From positions 186,001 through 250,000 of the forward strand of contig JAPDFW010000059.1 of NCBI GenBank assembly GCA_028826165.1: a stretch of 64,000 nucleotides of DNA, in the 5' to 3' direction. Each line of letters begins with the position of its first letter. Position 1 is the first letter of the stretch. Made by a program: the position numbers and the translations under genes. Of the stretch, positions 1 through 11,941 are shown one piece after another. This DNA comes from Anaeramoeba ignava BMAN. Taxonomy: Eukaryota > Protista > Anaeramoebae. A model generated the notes under the pieces. That model did not search any database, was not told the origin of the DNA, and worked only from the letters and a program-made list of their open reading frames with translations.

Positions 1-2970
1 GGGAAATTTTTCCGTTACAAATTGGACAAGAATTTTTATGATTAAAACGAAAACCCATTCTCATTCTAGTATGTAAAGAATGCATCAACTCTCCACAATC
101 TTTACGAACAACATCAGTAGCCAAGTTACTTAGTTTAACATTTCTTTGGAAGTTTTCAATGATGTATTTGAGCGAATCGCCCAATCCAGGAATCACCTTT
201 TGTTCAGGAACTCTTCTTATTGTTTCTTCAAGTCGAAAATTTGAATCAAAAAGTGCTTTCAATAAAGGCGGAAAATGTACAGGTTCATTGACGCAATAAG
301 ACACCAATTTCCGCAACAAATGCGGATCTTTTTCGTGCTGAATAAACTTGATTGCTTTCTCCATGTCTTTCAGTTTATGAAAGATTAGGTCAAGCGCTTC
401 ATATGTATTCCCCATTCTTTTTAGAATGTAAACTGACTCCCGAAATAGTTCGTGCTCTTTGAAATAAGTAAGAGCCTCCTCCAGTGGGATATAATCAGAG
501 GACTTGAGGAATTTGATTAGATTCTGTGGATCAAATTCGTTTGTCAGTTTGATTATTTCGAACTGATAGTCTTTCACAATTTGTGGATCTTTTTTGGACA
601 GGTTCTTGAAATATTCACAAAGAAGTTTGCGTTTTGTTTCCAATTGCTCAACAACCGTTTTAATCGGGATCTTTTCCGTGTTATTCACGAGCATCGTGAT
701 TGTTTGTCTCTCGTCGAGATCGGCGAGGTCGGAAATTCGAGTGCTGATGGAATCGAGCAAATTGTTTGCGGTGATCATCTCGAAAACGTCTGGTCTTTCT
801 AGAGTCAGATAAATAGTCAAGGCATCTTCGTATTGCCCGACCTCGAGATACAAGTCCGCCAAGGGAAGAGCAAGACGTTCGTCGAGAAAGTTGATCTCCT
901 TTTGTTTGTCTTCGATGATCAAAATGATGCTTTTTTGGTTGTAGATGTTTTTGGGCCATTTTCTTATTGTTTGCAAGAACAAGTCAAGATTGTCATTTTC
1001 TAAGAAGTTGTTCAATATCATCTCGTAGATGACCTCTTGGAGTCTTGGGTGATCTATTGGTATGTACGGACAGATCTCCTCGAATTGCTGGAACTGGAAA
1101 AATTGCGAGATCCATCTGACCCACAAGTTTTGATCATCTGCGCAAACAATCGGACAAATTTTCGCTGCTTCCCGAATCTGCATTGGATCTTTCGAGACTA
1201 GCAAGCTTCCAAGAAGCACTTCACCGATCCTTGTCACGTTGTATTTTTTCAATTGCCTCTCGTTTTTTTGCGCAACTTTGAACGCTTCGGAATATCTCAA
1301 TCTTTCCATCAACCACGTGATTTGATCATCAATGTTTCTTTCCGTTGCTTCAAGAAGTTGGAACGGCGAATACAAGAAAAACATTGTTCTTGTTTTCTGT
1401 TCTGTCGGATTTGGTTGCGCCTCAAGACCCAAATCAAGCGGGGAACAGAATTCATAGCCGCGGATCATAATACTTTCCTCAAAAATGATTTCCCCCTTTT
1501 TTGTTATAATCCGCATATCCGGAATCGGACAGTATTGTTCTTCCAAAAGCTTCTTTGCATCTTCTCCAAATAGATCCTTCATCACATTTTTCTTGCTTTC
1601 TTCTTCTTCTATTCGCTTCTCTTTTGGTTCAGGTTTTTCTATTATGTGCTTGAATTCCTTTTCAAACCGATCAAAAAGATCTTTGATTTTTGGATCTTCC
1701 ATTTCATTCTCCAAATTCTGCATTGTAAGCATCAAATAGTTGTCGTTATAAGGAGCGATTCCGCAAATTATAAACGGAAATGTCTTCACAAGTTTGTAAT
1801 TATATTCATTTGTTTCCGTTACTATTAGTTCGTGAATTTGATTTGCCCATGCAATTATAATTTTATTATTTTCAATCCATTTCATTCTGCATGGATACTT
1901 TTCAAGAGGTCTTAAACAATCCTCTTTAATTGGTATTTTCTATCATTTGTTTTTTTATGCAAGAAGTTTATTCACATTCAGTCATTTTCTTTAAATTTTT
2001 TTCAATTTTAAATTCTTTTTTTAAAAAATTTTTTTTTTACACAAATTGGTATTTGATTTTTAATATTGTAAACATATATTCCTTCTTCAGTATTTGCCCA
2101 GGCTATAAAATCTCCTTTCCAAGATATTGCATTGATTTCTCCATTTCCCGAATATAGGGTTGTTTGTCCTGAAAACAATTCTATTTTTTCCAAAAAACAA
2201 AGAAAATTTTTTTTTTTCAATTCAATCCAATTCAATAAAATTTTTTTTCATTTGAATTTTCTACTTTTTTCTTGATAAATAACTTTTGCTCTTATAAATT
2301 TCCGATTCTTTTCTTCTCTAATTCCACAAACAAATAAACCGCCTTTTCCATCATAATTTGGATTAATTGCAATTGCTGTTGTTTGATGATTCATATCAAA
2401 AGTTTTTTCTTTTTTCCATTCTTTATCTTCTTCTTGGTTCATTTCAAAAATATGAACTTTTCCTGAATATTTTTATTATTATTATAATTTCGATTCAAAG
2501 AAAATTAAAAGAAAAAAATTGTCTTTTTCTTTTTTCCGTTTTTAAATTACCGTTCGCAAAACAAGTTGCAATATTTAAATTTTGATCATCAATACTAAAA
2601 TCAATTAATAATGAATCTCCTTTTATTTTTGGTTGAAATTTTGCAAAATCATCAATTGGAAGTTGGAAAAATTGACCTTGTTTTGTTCCCATAATCTTTA
2701 AATGGAAAAAAAAGGAAAATTTTTATTTATATATTTTTTTAAATAAATTTATATATTTTTTTTTTATAAATTTACAAGATTATCCTTGAAAATTTTAACT
2801 GAACAAATTCTTTGAGATAAATTATCTTTTTCTCCTTCATTTTCTAAATGGAAAGTCCCTAAACTTTGATATTTTAAAATGGGTGCTTTTTCTATTTTCT
2901 CTTCATCAATTTCTTCTATATTTTCCTCAATAAATGAACTTTGTGATTTTTTTTCAAATAAACTTGACAT
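1..2970 (-). CDS. VPS41: HOPS subunit Vps41 (3' end runs off the window)
   Basis: Hand-spliced exons 2970-2776, 2695-2551, 2462-2265, 2180-2041 and 1939-<1, all GT-AG and in frame. Motifs: PILKYQSLG, AIAINPNY, ISWKGDFIAWAN, RNIDDQITWL, PRLQEVIYEMILNNFL, a clathrin-repeat-like helical region, and the start of a C-terminal RING (CPIC). Confidence 0.9.
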
Positions 2971-3079
2971 TTTTTAAAAATGATTTTTTTTTTTTAAATT
3001 TTAAATTTTAAATGGAAATATTGAAATGGAAAAAAAAAATGAAAAGAAAAAAATGATTTTTAAAAAAATTTTTATTAAT

Positions 3080-6000
3080 TTATTTGAAAAGTAAAATACT
3101 ATCTGAAGTTTGAATAAATGTTTCTTTGTTTGAATTTTTTCTTTTATGAGAAGATCTTTTTTGAGAATAAAATTTTTCATTTTCATTTTCATTTTGATTT
3201 TGATTTTCCATTTTAATTTTAATTGGATTTTCAATTTTAATTTGATTTGTAAGAAAATTGATAATTTCATCTTCATTTTGAACAAATTGATCTACTTTTT
3301 CCTTTTCAGTTTCTTTCTCCTTTTCTTTCTCACTTAATAATAAAGACTTCTCATCCACAAAATAGATTTTTTTAATCTTTTCTTCAATCAAATCAAAACT
3401 GAATTTTTTAGGTAAGGAAATATTGATTAAATGTTGATTTGAATCATAAGTGGAATTTTCAATTAAATCTCTGAAGAAATCACTTGAAACCAATAAAATC
3501 TCTTTATGAGCAGAGATTTTTTGAGAATCATCAAAAAGAAAGGTTATATTCTTTGATTTCTCGTCTTTATACAACATTCTTAAAGTTAAAATCAATCCAT
3601 TTTTATTTGATTTTTCCTCGATATTTTCAATCCCAATATTTAAAAGAATTTCCTTCAATTTTTCAGCAAAATCTTCCACAATAATTCCTGCATAAACCCA
3701 AAAAAGCAATTTTCTCACTTCTTGGTAAGAAAGATTCTTGCATTCCGAACAAAGCAAATTAAATCTTTCTTGATCATCTCCAAGTCTTGCTATCAGTAAA
3801 TTTTTATGCACAAAAAATTTCTTATTTTGAGAATCAACCAACTCAAAATCCGCGAAAAAAGAATTGAAAAGCAAAGAAAGCAAACGACGAACAATTTGAA
3901 GATGATATCGTTCTCTGTTTTTTGTTTTCAAGTGATATTTCTGGATAATTTCTTGATTTTTGAGTTTATTTTGGAAAGATTCAATTGTTAATTTTCCAGG
4001 ATTTCCTGCTTGAAGAACAAGTAAATTAACAACAGTTGGAGAACAGAAACAAAGCGCGTTGAAGATACTTGAAACATTATATATATTTTCCTGTTCTGGT
4101 TTGCATCCATATTCAATCAGCATGTTGACAACTTTTTTATTTGTCGAAGGATTTAAACAAGCAATATGAAGCGGTGTTTCGTGCAAAATATTCACCACAT
4201 TCACATTTGCTCCCGAGTTAATGAGGAACTTGATTGTTTGGTAATCAATATTATTGGAAGACAATGCTTCCATTAAAGGTGTGTTTTTTTTCCAATTTCT
4301 TGAGTTGATAATTTTATTTCCTCCAAATCCAATCAGTAACTTCAGAATCCTGAAGTTGTTTTGTTGTCTCGACGCAATATGAAGGGGTGTATCATTTTTG
4401 TAATTTCCTGTGCATGTATTTGCACCTGATTTCACTAAAACATGTATCAAATCAATTGGCGCTCGTTTTTTCAATGCGAATATCAAAACAGAATTTCCTT
4501 TCATATCCTCAGCATTCACATTTGCGCCAAATTGAATCAATAAATCAGCAAGTTCTCCATTTGCTTTTTCGCATGCAATCATCAGCGGTGTTCTTCCTTT
4601 TGAATCAATTTCATCAACATCAATCAAAAGATTTTCTTTTTTTTTTTTTTGAGCAAGAAAAATGAACAATTTTTTAGCAAATTCCACTTTTTCGTTCTCA
4701 ACTATTAAATGAACAAAATTTTCCAAATAAACATTTCTTTTGAATATTTTCTTTGATGCTTTAAAAAAGAAGTTTTGTGTTTCGGAATTTGTTTTTGGAT
4801 TTGAAACCAAGAAATGAATTGGAGTTTGTTTCTTGTTGTTCTCAATAAGTGGATTTGCTCCTAAGCTAATCAGCATTTGAAGCACTTGAGAAAATGCGCA
4901 ATTTTGACATGAATAATGAAGAGGGGTATTTCCATAAGAATCTGGTAAATTAACATCTGATCCAGATTCAACAAACAATTTTATATGTTCTAAAATGGGT
5001 TGTGATTGTTTGCAAAGAATATGCAAAGGAATTTGTCCGTTAATATCTGCAATTTTGGGATCAGCCTTTCTTTCAATAAGCAAATTGATTAAATCTGAAG
5101 AGTTTTTTCTGATACAGCAATAATGAAGAGGTGTTTCCAAAAAGGAATTTTGATGATCGACTGAATTTCCTTCTTGGATCAGCCAATCAATAACTTGTGA
5201 TAATTGAGAAGCGTTCTTTTGCTTGTTTTTGTTTTCTATAGCATTGAAAAGACAGAAGAAATGCAAAGGAGAGCTTTTGTTTTTGCTCGACTCAAAACTT
5301 AATTTGATATTTGGTTCAAATTTCTTGATAGTTTCAAATTCTTTGAATGTGATTCCACTTCTAAATAATAAATTTAACGGAGTCCATCCCAAAGAATCTT
5401 TGATATTAAAATTTGCTCCAAAATTATGTAAAACATCAAGAGCAAAGTTACGATTTAAAGATTTTGACTCACAAATGTAGAAAATTGCAGTTCTTTGATT
5501 TTCTGGATTTATTAGATTAACATCAATTATTTTGGAATTTTCCTTCAATAAAAGCTCGATTATTTGATGAGAAAAAGTTGATTGATTTTTGCAAGCAATA
5601 AAAAGATCATTTTTTTCAATTTTGGCGTTAAATTTGAGAAGTAATTCAATATGTTCATATAAGTTATTTTTGATAGCAATTTGAAGAGGAGTGTTTGAAT
5701 TTTGATCCATTTTATTTGGATTTATTTTTTTTTCCAAAAAAAGCTGTAATATTTGAACCGGAAATTGTTCTGAGCAAATGAGATGAAGAAAATCATTGGT
5801 TTCCAAATTGGCTTGATTGTTGATTAATTCTTGAATAATTTCTGTGAATTTTTCTTGGTTGGAATTTAGTTTGAAATTAATCATTGTTGAATAAAGTGGA
5901 GTAAATCCCTTTTGGTTTTTTTGGTTTATATTAATTCCTGAATTGATAATTTCTTTGACGATTTCAATATTTAAAGGATTTTTGCATGCTAAATGAAGTA

Positions 6001-6112
6001 AAGTGTTTCCTTTTGAATCTTGAATATTATTTATATCTCCAATATTTATATTTTGAAATGATTTTTTAAAAGAATCAAAATCATTTTGAAAAATAGTTTG
6101 AAAAATTTCCAT
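3080..6112 (-). CDS. Ankyrin-repeat protein with C-terminal BTB/POZ-like domains
   Basis: 1010-aa intronless ORF with many GxTPLHxAC repeats; C-terminal FADFELV...FFVHKNLLIAR and ISAHKEILLVSSDFFRDL BTB motifs. Confidence 0.88.
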   Translation of the reverse strand: MEIFQTIFQNDFDSFKKSFQNINIGDINNIQDSKGNTLLHLACKNPLNIEIVKEIINSGININQKNQKGFTPLYSTMINFKLNSNQEKFTEIIQELINNQANLETNDFLHLICSEQFPVQILQLFLEKKINPNKMDQNSNTPLQIAIKNNLYEHIELLLKFNAKIEKNDLFIACKNQSTFSHQIIELLLKENSKIIDVNLINPENQRTAIFYICESKSLNRNFALDVLHNFGANFNIKDSLGWTPLNLLFRSGITFKEFETIKKFEPNIKLSFESSKNKSSPLHFFCLFNAIENKNKQKNASQLSQVIDWLIQEGNSVDHQNSFLETPLHYCCIRKNSSDLINLLIERKADPKIADINGQIPLHILCKQSQPILEHIKLFVESGSDVNLPDSYGNTPLHYSCQNCAFSQVLQMLISLGANPLIENNKKQTPIHFLVSNPKTNSETQNFFFKASKKIFKRNVYLENFVHLIVENEKVEFAKKLFIFLAQKKKKENLLIDVDEIDSKGRTPLMIACEKANGELADLLIQFGANVNAEDMKGNSVLIFALKKRAPIDLIHVLVKSGANTCTGNYKNDTPLHIASRQQNNFRILKLLIGFGGNKIINSRNWKKNTPLMEALSSNNIDYQTIKFLINSGANVNVVNILHETPLHIACLNPSTNKKVVNMLIEYGCKPEQENIYNVSSIFNALCFCSPTVVNLLVLQAGNPGKLTIESFQNKLKNQEIIQKYHLKTKNRERYHLQIVRRLLSLLFNSFFADFELVDSQNKKFFVHKNLLIARLGDDQERFNLLCSECKNLSYQEVRKLLFWVYAGIIVEDFAEKLKEILLNIGIENIEEKSNKNGLILTLRMLYKDEKSKNITFLFDDSQKISAHKEILLVSSDFFRDLIENSTYDSNQHLINISLPKKFSFDLIEEKIKKIYFVDEKSLLLSEKEKEKETEKEKVDQFVQNEDEIINFLTNQIKIENPIKIKMENQNQNENENEKFYSQKRSSHKRKNSNKETFIQTSDSILLFK

Positions 6113-6181
6113 TTCTTTTTTATTATTTTGAAAAAATGAAAAATGAAAAATGAAAAAAAATGAAAAAAATTTTTTTCAAAT

Positions 6182-8924
6182 TTAAGAATTGCATTCTTCA
6201 TCATAATTTTGAGGTATTAATTTTGTTGAAATTGACATAAAAGTTTCCAATTCACAATAAGTATTTTCACAACCTGGAATTATTAAATCTTCATTGTTAT
6301 AAGAAAGTTTAATATAATAAGTTGAAGTTTGATCATCTTGATATAATTCGAAAATAACATAACTTGAATAATCTGGAACAGTATTATCATAAACGTTATA
6401 ACTTTGTAATAAAGGAGCAAGAGTTGTATCATGTCCTGAATATAACATCCATTTATATGCAATTTGGTTGTTAATTTTTGCCATTATTGCATTAACAATA
6501 TCTTCAATAAATCTTCCTATTTTTAATTTTTGGATTTCTTTTGTTGAAGATAATTTATTCCATTCCCAATTTGATTCATTTGCAACCTAATCAAAATTTT
6601 TAAAGAATTTTTCAATCAAATTAAACAAATATTTAAATCAATTAAACAAATATTTAAATCAAATTAAACAAATAATTAAATCAAATTATTTAAATCAAAT
6701 TAAACAAATTATTTAAATCAAATTAAACAAATACTTAAATCAATTAAACAAATATTTAAATCAAATTATTTAAATCAATTAAACAAATATTTAAATGAAA
6801 TTATTTAAATCAAAATATTTAAATCAATTATTTAAATCAAATTATTTAAATCAAATTAAACAATTATTTAAATCAAATATTTAAATATTTAAATCAATTA
6901 AACAAATATTTAAATGAAATTAAATCAAATTAAACAAATATTTAAATTAAAATATTTAAATCAATTAAATCAAATTAATTAAATCAAATTAAATCAATTA
7001 AATCAAATTAAACAAAATATTTAAATCAAATTAAACAAATATTTAAATGAAATTAAATCAAATAAACAAATATTTAAATCAATTATTTAAATCAATTATT
7101 TAAATCAATTATTTAAATCAAAAATTAAATCAAAATATTTAAATCAAATTAAACAAATAATTAAATCAAAATATTTAAATGAAATTAAATCAAATTAAAC
7201 AAATATTTAAATCAATTAATCAAATATTTAAATCAAAATATTTAAATCAAATTAAACAAATATTTAAATCAAATAATTAAATCAAAATATTTAAATCAAT
7301 TAATCAATTATTTAAATCAATTAATCAATTATTTAAATCAATTATTTAAATCAATTATTTAAATCAATTAAATCAATTATTTAAATCAATTATTTAAATC
7401 AATTATTTAAATCAATTATTTAAATCAAAATAATTAAATCAAAATATTTAAATCAAATTAAATCAATTATTTAAATCAATTAAACAAATATTTAAATCAA
7501 AATATTTAAATGAAATTAAATCAAATTAAATCAAATAAACAAATATTTAAATCAATTAAATCAAATTAAACAAATATTTAAATCAAATTATTTAAATCAA
7601 ATAAACAAATATTTAAATTAAATAATTAAATTAATCAAATAATTAAATCAAAATATTTAAATCAAATAAACAAATATTTAAATTAAATTATTTAAATCAA
7701 TTATTTAAATCAATTATTTAAATCAAAATAATTAAATCAAAATATTTAAATTTGGAAATAATTTTATCTACTTGATCAAGAATTTCTTGTGTCATTCCTG
7801 GTGGAAATGATTTATTATGTGCTAATCTGCAAATAAAACAATTTTCAATTTGAACAAATGTTAAATTATTCATATCTTTTGAATTAAAAATTTGAAGTAA
7901 TTCATCCCAAAGTGGTTGAACAGATTTCAAATGATCTATCCATTCTTGTGAATTTATGATATCTTGAATTAAATTTTGTAATCTTTGACAACTTGATTGA
8001 GAAAACCTTTTTAATTTTAATTTTAATTATAATTTTAAATATAATTTTAATTTAAATTTTAAAATGAATTTTAATTTTAATTTTGATTTTAATTTAAATT
8101 TTAATTTAGATTTTGATTTTAAATTTTGATTTTAAATTTAATTTTAATTTTGATTTTAAATTTTAATTTTAATTTTAATTTTAATTTTAATTTTAATTTT
8201 AATTTTAATTTTAAATATAATTTTAATTTTAATTTTGATTTTAATTTTAAATTTAATTTTAATTTTGATTTTAATATTGATTTTAATTTTGATTTTAATT
8301 CTTTATTTACATATCTTCTTCACTAGCTTCAATAGTATAAATAGGGATAATTTCAGCTTCTTGTTCAGTACTTGGTGGAAATAAACCAAGTAAAAGACTT
8401 TCAGCAGACTGAAAAGTTCTTGGAACATCAGTTGAACGAACATAAATTTGATTTCGATCAAAATTATTAGAAATAAAGTTTAATTGATTAACATAAATTT
8501 CTCTAAATTTCTGACCAAGTTTAAATTGTTGGTCTGAACCAAGTTTTGTAAGTTGACCTGCTGAACAATTTCCATTTAGTAAACCAGTATTTGGGAGGTA
8601 TGATAAATGAAATACTCTGTTAATATGTTGAGAAGTTTGTGAATTATTAGTTGATGTTGTTTCAAATTCTGAAAATTCACAATTCCATACAACATCTTCA
8701 CCAGGCAATTTGTAAATAGGTACTCTATCCCCATGTCGTGTGATAACTTTATTGTTTTATTTTTTGGTTTTGTTTTGGTTTTTCTTTAATTTTTTATTAT
8801 TGTGATTTTTTTTTTGTTTTGAAAAAATAAATTAAAAACCTTGAACTAATTTAAGTTGTTTTGTTGTATTAATTAAAACAAAACAAATTGATAAAAGAAA
8901 TAAAGTTCGAATAATCCAACTCAT
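6182..8924 (-). CDS. Histidine acid phosphatase, lysosomal/secreted type
   Basis: Exons 8924-8840, 8746-8311, 8006-7772, 6586-6182. Signal peptide MSWIIRTLFLLSICFVLI; LVQVITRHGDR catalytic motif across intron 1; GQLT, RSTDVPRTFQSA, LYSGHDTT. Confidence 0.92.
6610..7750. repeat. AT-rich minisatellite (about 13-22 bp variants of AAATCAATTATTT / AAATCAAATTAAACAAATATTT) filling phosphatase intron 3
   Basis: Directly visible tandem array between the acceptor at 6587 and the donor at 7771. Confidence 0.9.
8010..8300. repeat. (AATTTT)n microsatellite in phosphatase intron 2
   Basis: Visible hexamer array. Confidence 0.9.
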
Positions 8925-9002
8925 TTTAATTAAGAAGGAGAAAAATGAAAAAAAATATTTTTCCACTTTTCATCAAATTTTTTTTTTCTTTAATTTCTTC
9001 AT

Positions 9003-11745
9003 CAATTATTTCAAATTTTGGATAATAAATTAATTAATAAATTATTTCAATTTTTGATTTTGGATTGATTAATAAATTATTTCAATTTTTGGATAATAAA
9101 TTATTTAATAAATTATTTTAATTTTTGATTAATAAATTATTTAATAAATTATTTCAATTTTTGGATAATAAATTAATTAATAAATTATTTCAATTTTTGG
9201 ATAATAAATTATTTAATAAATTATTTTCAATTTTTGGATAATAAATTAATTAATAAATTATTTTAATTTTTTAGATAATAAATTATTTAATAAATTATTT
9301 CAATTTTTGGATTATAAATTATTTAATAAATTATTTCAATTTTTGGATAATAAATTAATTAATAAATTATTTTCAATTTTTGGATAATAAATTATTTAAT
9401 AAATTATTTCAATTTTTGATAATAAATTAATTAATAAATTATTTTCAATTTTTAGATAATAAATTATTTAATAAATTATTTCAATTTTTAGATAATAAAT
9501 TAATTAATAAATTATTTCAATTTTTGGATTATAAATTAATTAATAAATTATTTCAATTTTTGGATAATAAATTATTTAATAAATTATTTCAATTTTTGGA
9601 TAATAAATTAATTAATAAATTATTTCAATTTTTGGATTATAAATTATTTAATAAATTATTTCAATTTTTGATTATAAATTATTTAATAAATTATTTCAAT
9701 TTTTAGATAATAAATTAATTAATAAATTATTTTCAATTTTTGGATAATAAATTATTTAATAAATTATTTCAATTTTTGGATTATAAATTAATTAATAAAT
9801 TATTTCAATTTTTGAATAATAAATTAATTAATAAATTAATTCAAAATTTTTAGATAAATAATTTAATAAATTATTTTAGATTTTGGATTGATTAATAAAT
9901 TAATTAATAAATTATTTCAATTTTTGGATAATAAATTATTTTATAAATTATTTTAATTTTTGAATAATAAATTATTTAATAAATTATTTCAATTTTTGGA
10001 TAATAAATTATTTAATAAATTATTTCAATTTTTGGATAATAAATTATTTAATAAATTATTTCAATTTTTTGGATAATAAATTAATTAATAAATTATTTCA
10101 AATTTTTGATTTTTGGATAATAAATTAATTAATAAATTATTTCAATTTTTGGATAATAAATTATTTAATAAATTATTTCAATTTTTGGATAATAAATTAT
10201 TTAATAAATTATTTCAATTTTTGGATAATAAATTAATTAATAAATTATTTCAATTTTTGGATAATAAATTAATTAATAAATTATTTAATAAATTTTAGAT
10301 TTTGGATAATAAATTGATTAATAAATTATTTCAATTTTTGGATTATAAATTATTTAATAAATTATTTTAATTTTTGGATAATAAATTAATTAATAAATTA
10401 TTTTTAATTTTTGGATTATAAATTAATTAATAAATTATTTCAATTTTTGGATTATAAATTGATTAATAAATTATTTCAATTTTTGGATAATAAATTAATT
10501 AATAAATTATTTCAATTTTTGGATAATAAATTAATTAATAAATTATTTCAATTTTTGGATTATAAATTGATTAATAAATTATTTCAATTTTTGGATAATA
10601 AATTAATTAATAAATTATTTCAATTTTTGGATAATAAATTAATTTAATAAATTATTTCAATTTTTGGATAATAAATTAATTAATAAATTATTTTAATTTT
10701 TGATTATAAATTAATTAATAAATTATTTCAATTTTTGGATTATAAATTGATTAATAAATTATTTCAATTTTTGGATAATAAATTAATTAATAAATTATTT
10801 CAATTTTTGGATTATAAATTGATTAATAAATTATTTCAATTTTAGGATAATAAATTAATTAATAAATTATTTCAATTTTTGATTTTGGATTGATTAATAA
10901 ATTAATTAATAAATTTATTTCAATTTTTGGGATAATAAATTAATTAATAAATTATTTCAATTTTTGGAATAATAAATTAATTAATAAATTATTTCAATTT
11001 TTAGATAATAAATTAATTAATAAATTATTTCAATTTTTGGATAATAAATTAATTAATAAATTATTTTAATTTTTGGATTATAAATTAATTAATAAATTAT
11101 TTCAATTTTTGGATAATAAATTAATTAGTAAATTATTTCAATTTTTGGATTATAAATTATTTAATAAATTATTTCAATTTTTGGATAATAAATTAATTTA
11201 ATAAATTATTTCAATTTTTAGATAATAAATTAATTAATAAATTATTTCAAATTTTTGATTTTAAATTAATTAATAAATTATTTCAATTTTTTAGATAATA
11301 AATTAATTAATAAATTATTTCAATTTTTGGATAATAAATTATTTAATAAATTATTTCAATTTTTGGATAATAAATTAATTAATAAATTATTTCAATTTTT
11401 GGATAATAAATTATTTAATAAATTATTTCAATTTTTGGATAATAAATTATTTAATAAATTATTTCAATTTTTGGATAATAAATTATTTAATAAATTATTT
11501 CAATTTTTAGATAATAAATTATTTAATAAATTATTTCAATTTTTAGATAATAATAAATTAATTAATAAATTATTTCAATTTTTGGATAATAAATTATTTA
11601 ATAAATTATTTCAATTTTTGGATAATAAATTATTTAATAAATTATTTCAATTTTTGGTTAATAAATTATTTAATAAATTATTTCAATTTTAGATTTTGGA
11701 TTGATTAGTAAATTATTTAATAAATTAATTCAATTTTAGATTTTG
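9003..11745. repeat. 36-bp minisatellite (GATAATAAATTAATTAATAAATTATTTCAATTTTTG), about 2.7 kb
   Basis: The 12-aa periodicity of the spurious ORFs (DNKLINKLFQFL) equals 36 bp. Lies between the divergent phosphatase and NOG1 starts. Confidence 0.95.
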
Positions 11746-11879
11746 ATAAAAAAATTGAAAAAATAAAATTATAATTTTAATAAAAAAAGATATATATTTA
11801 AAAATATATAAAACATAATTTTTAATATATATATTAAAATATATTAAATTAAATATGTCATTCAAATAAAAACAAAAAA

Positions 11880-11920
11880 ATTTTTTTCATTTTTTTCATT
11901 TTTCATTTTTCATTTTTGTT
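11880..11920 (+). promoter_or_regulatory. Tandem TCATTT initiator-like element upstream of NOG1
   Basis: TTTTTTTCATTTTTTTCATTTTTCATTTTTCATTTTT lies 25-60 nt before the ATG. The same motif occurs on the sense strand upstream of most genes in the window. Confidence 0.6.
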
Positions 11921-11941
11921 TAAAAATAAAAAATAAAATAA

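Noticed and set aside
581-1828. Short ORFs overlapping VPS41 (similar ones inside the RhoGEF, CWH43-like and FG-GAP genes)
   Set aside because: Antisense or off-frame shadows of real CDSs in locally GC-richer sequence.
1940-2776. VPS41 5' region as a frameshifted pseudogene
   Set aside because: All frame changes are resolved by four in-phase GT-AG introns.
9003-11745. CRISPR array, or coding DNKLINKLFQFL repeat protein
   Set aside because: The 36-bp units are head-to-tail with no unique spacers, there are no cas genes and the context is eukaryotic. The ORFs are frequently frameshifted translations of the repeat.
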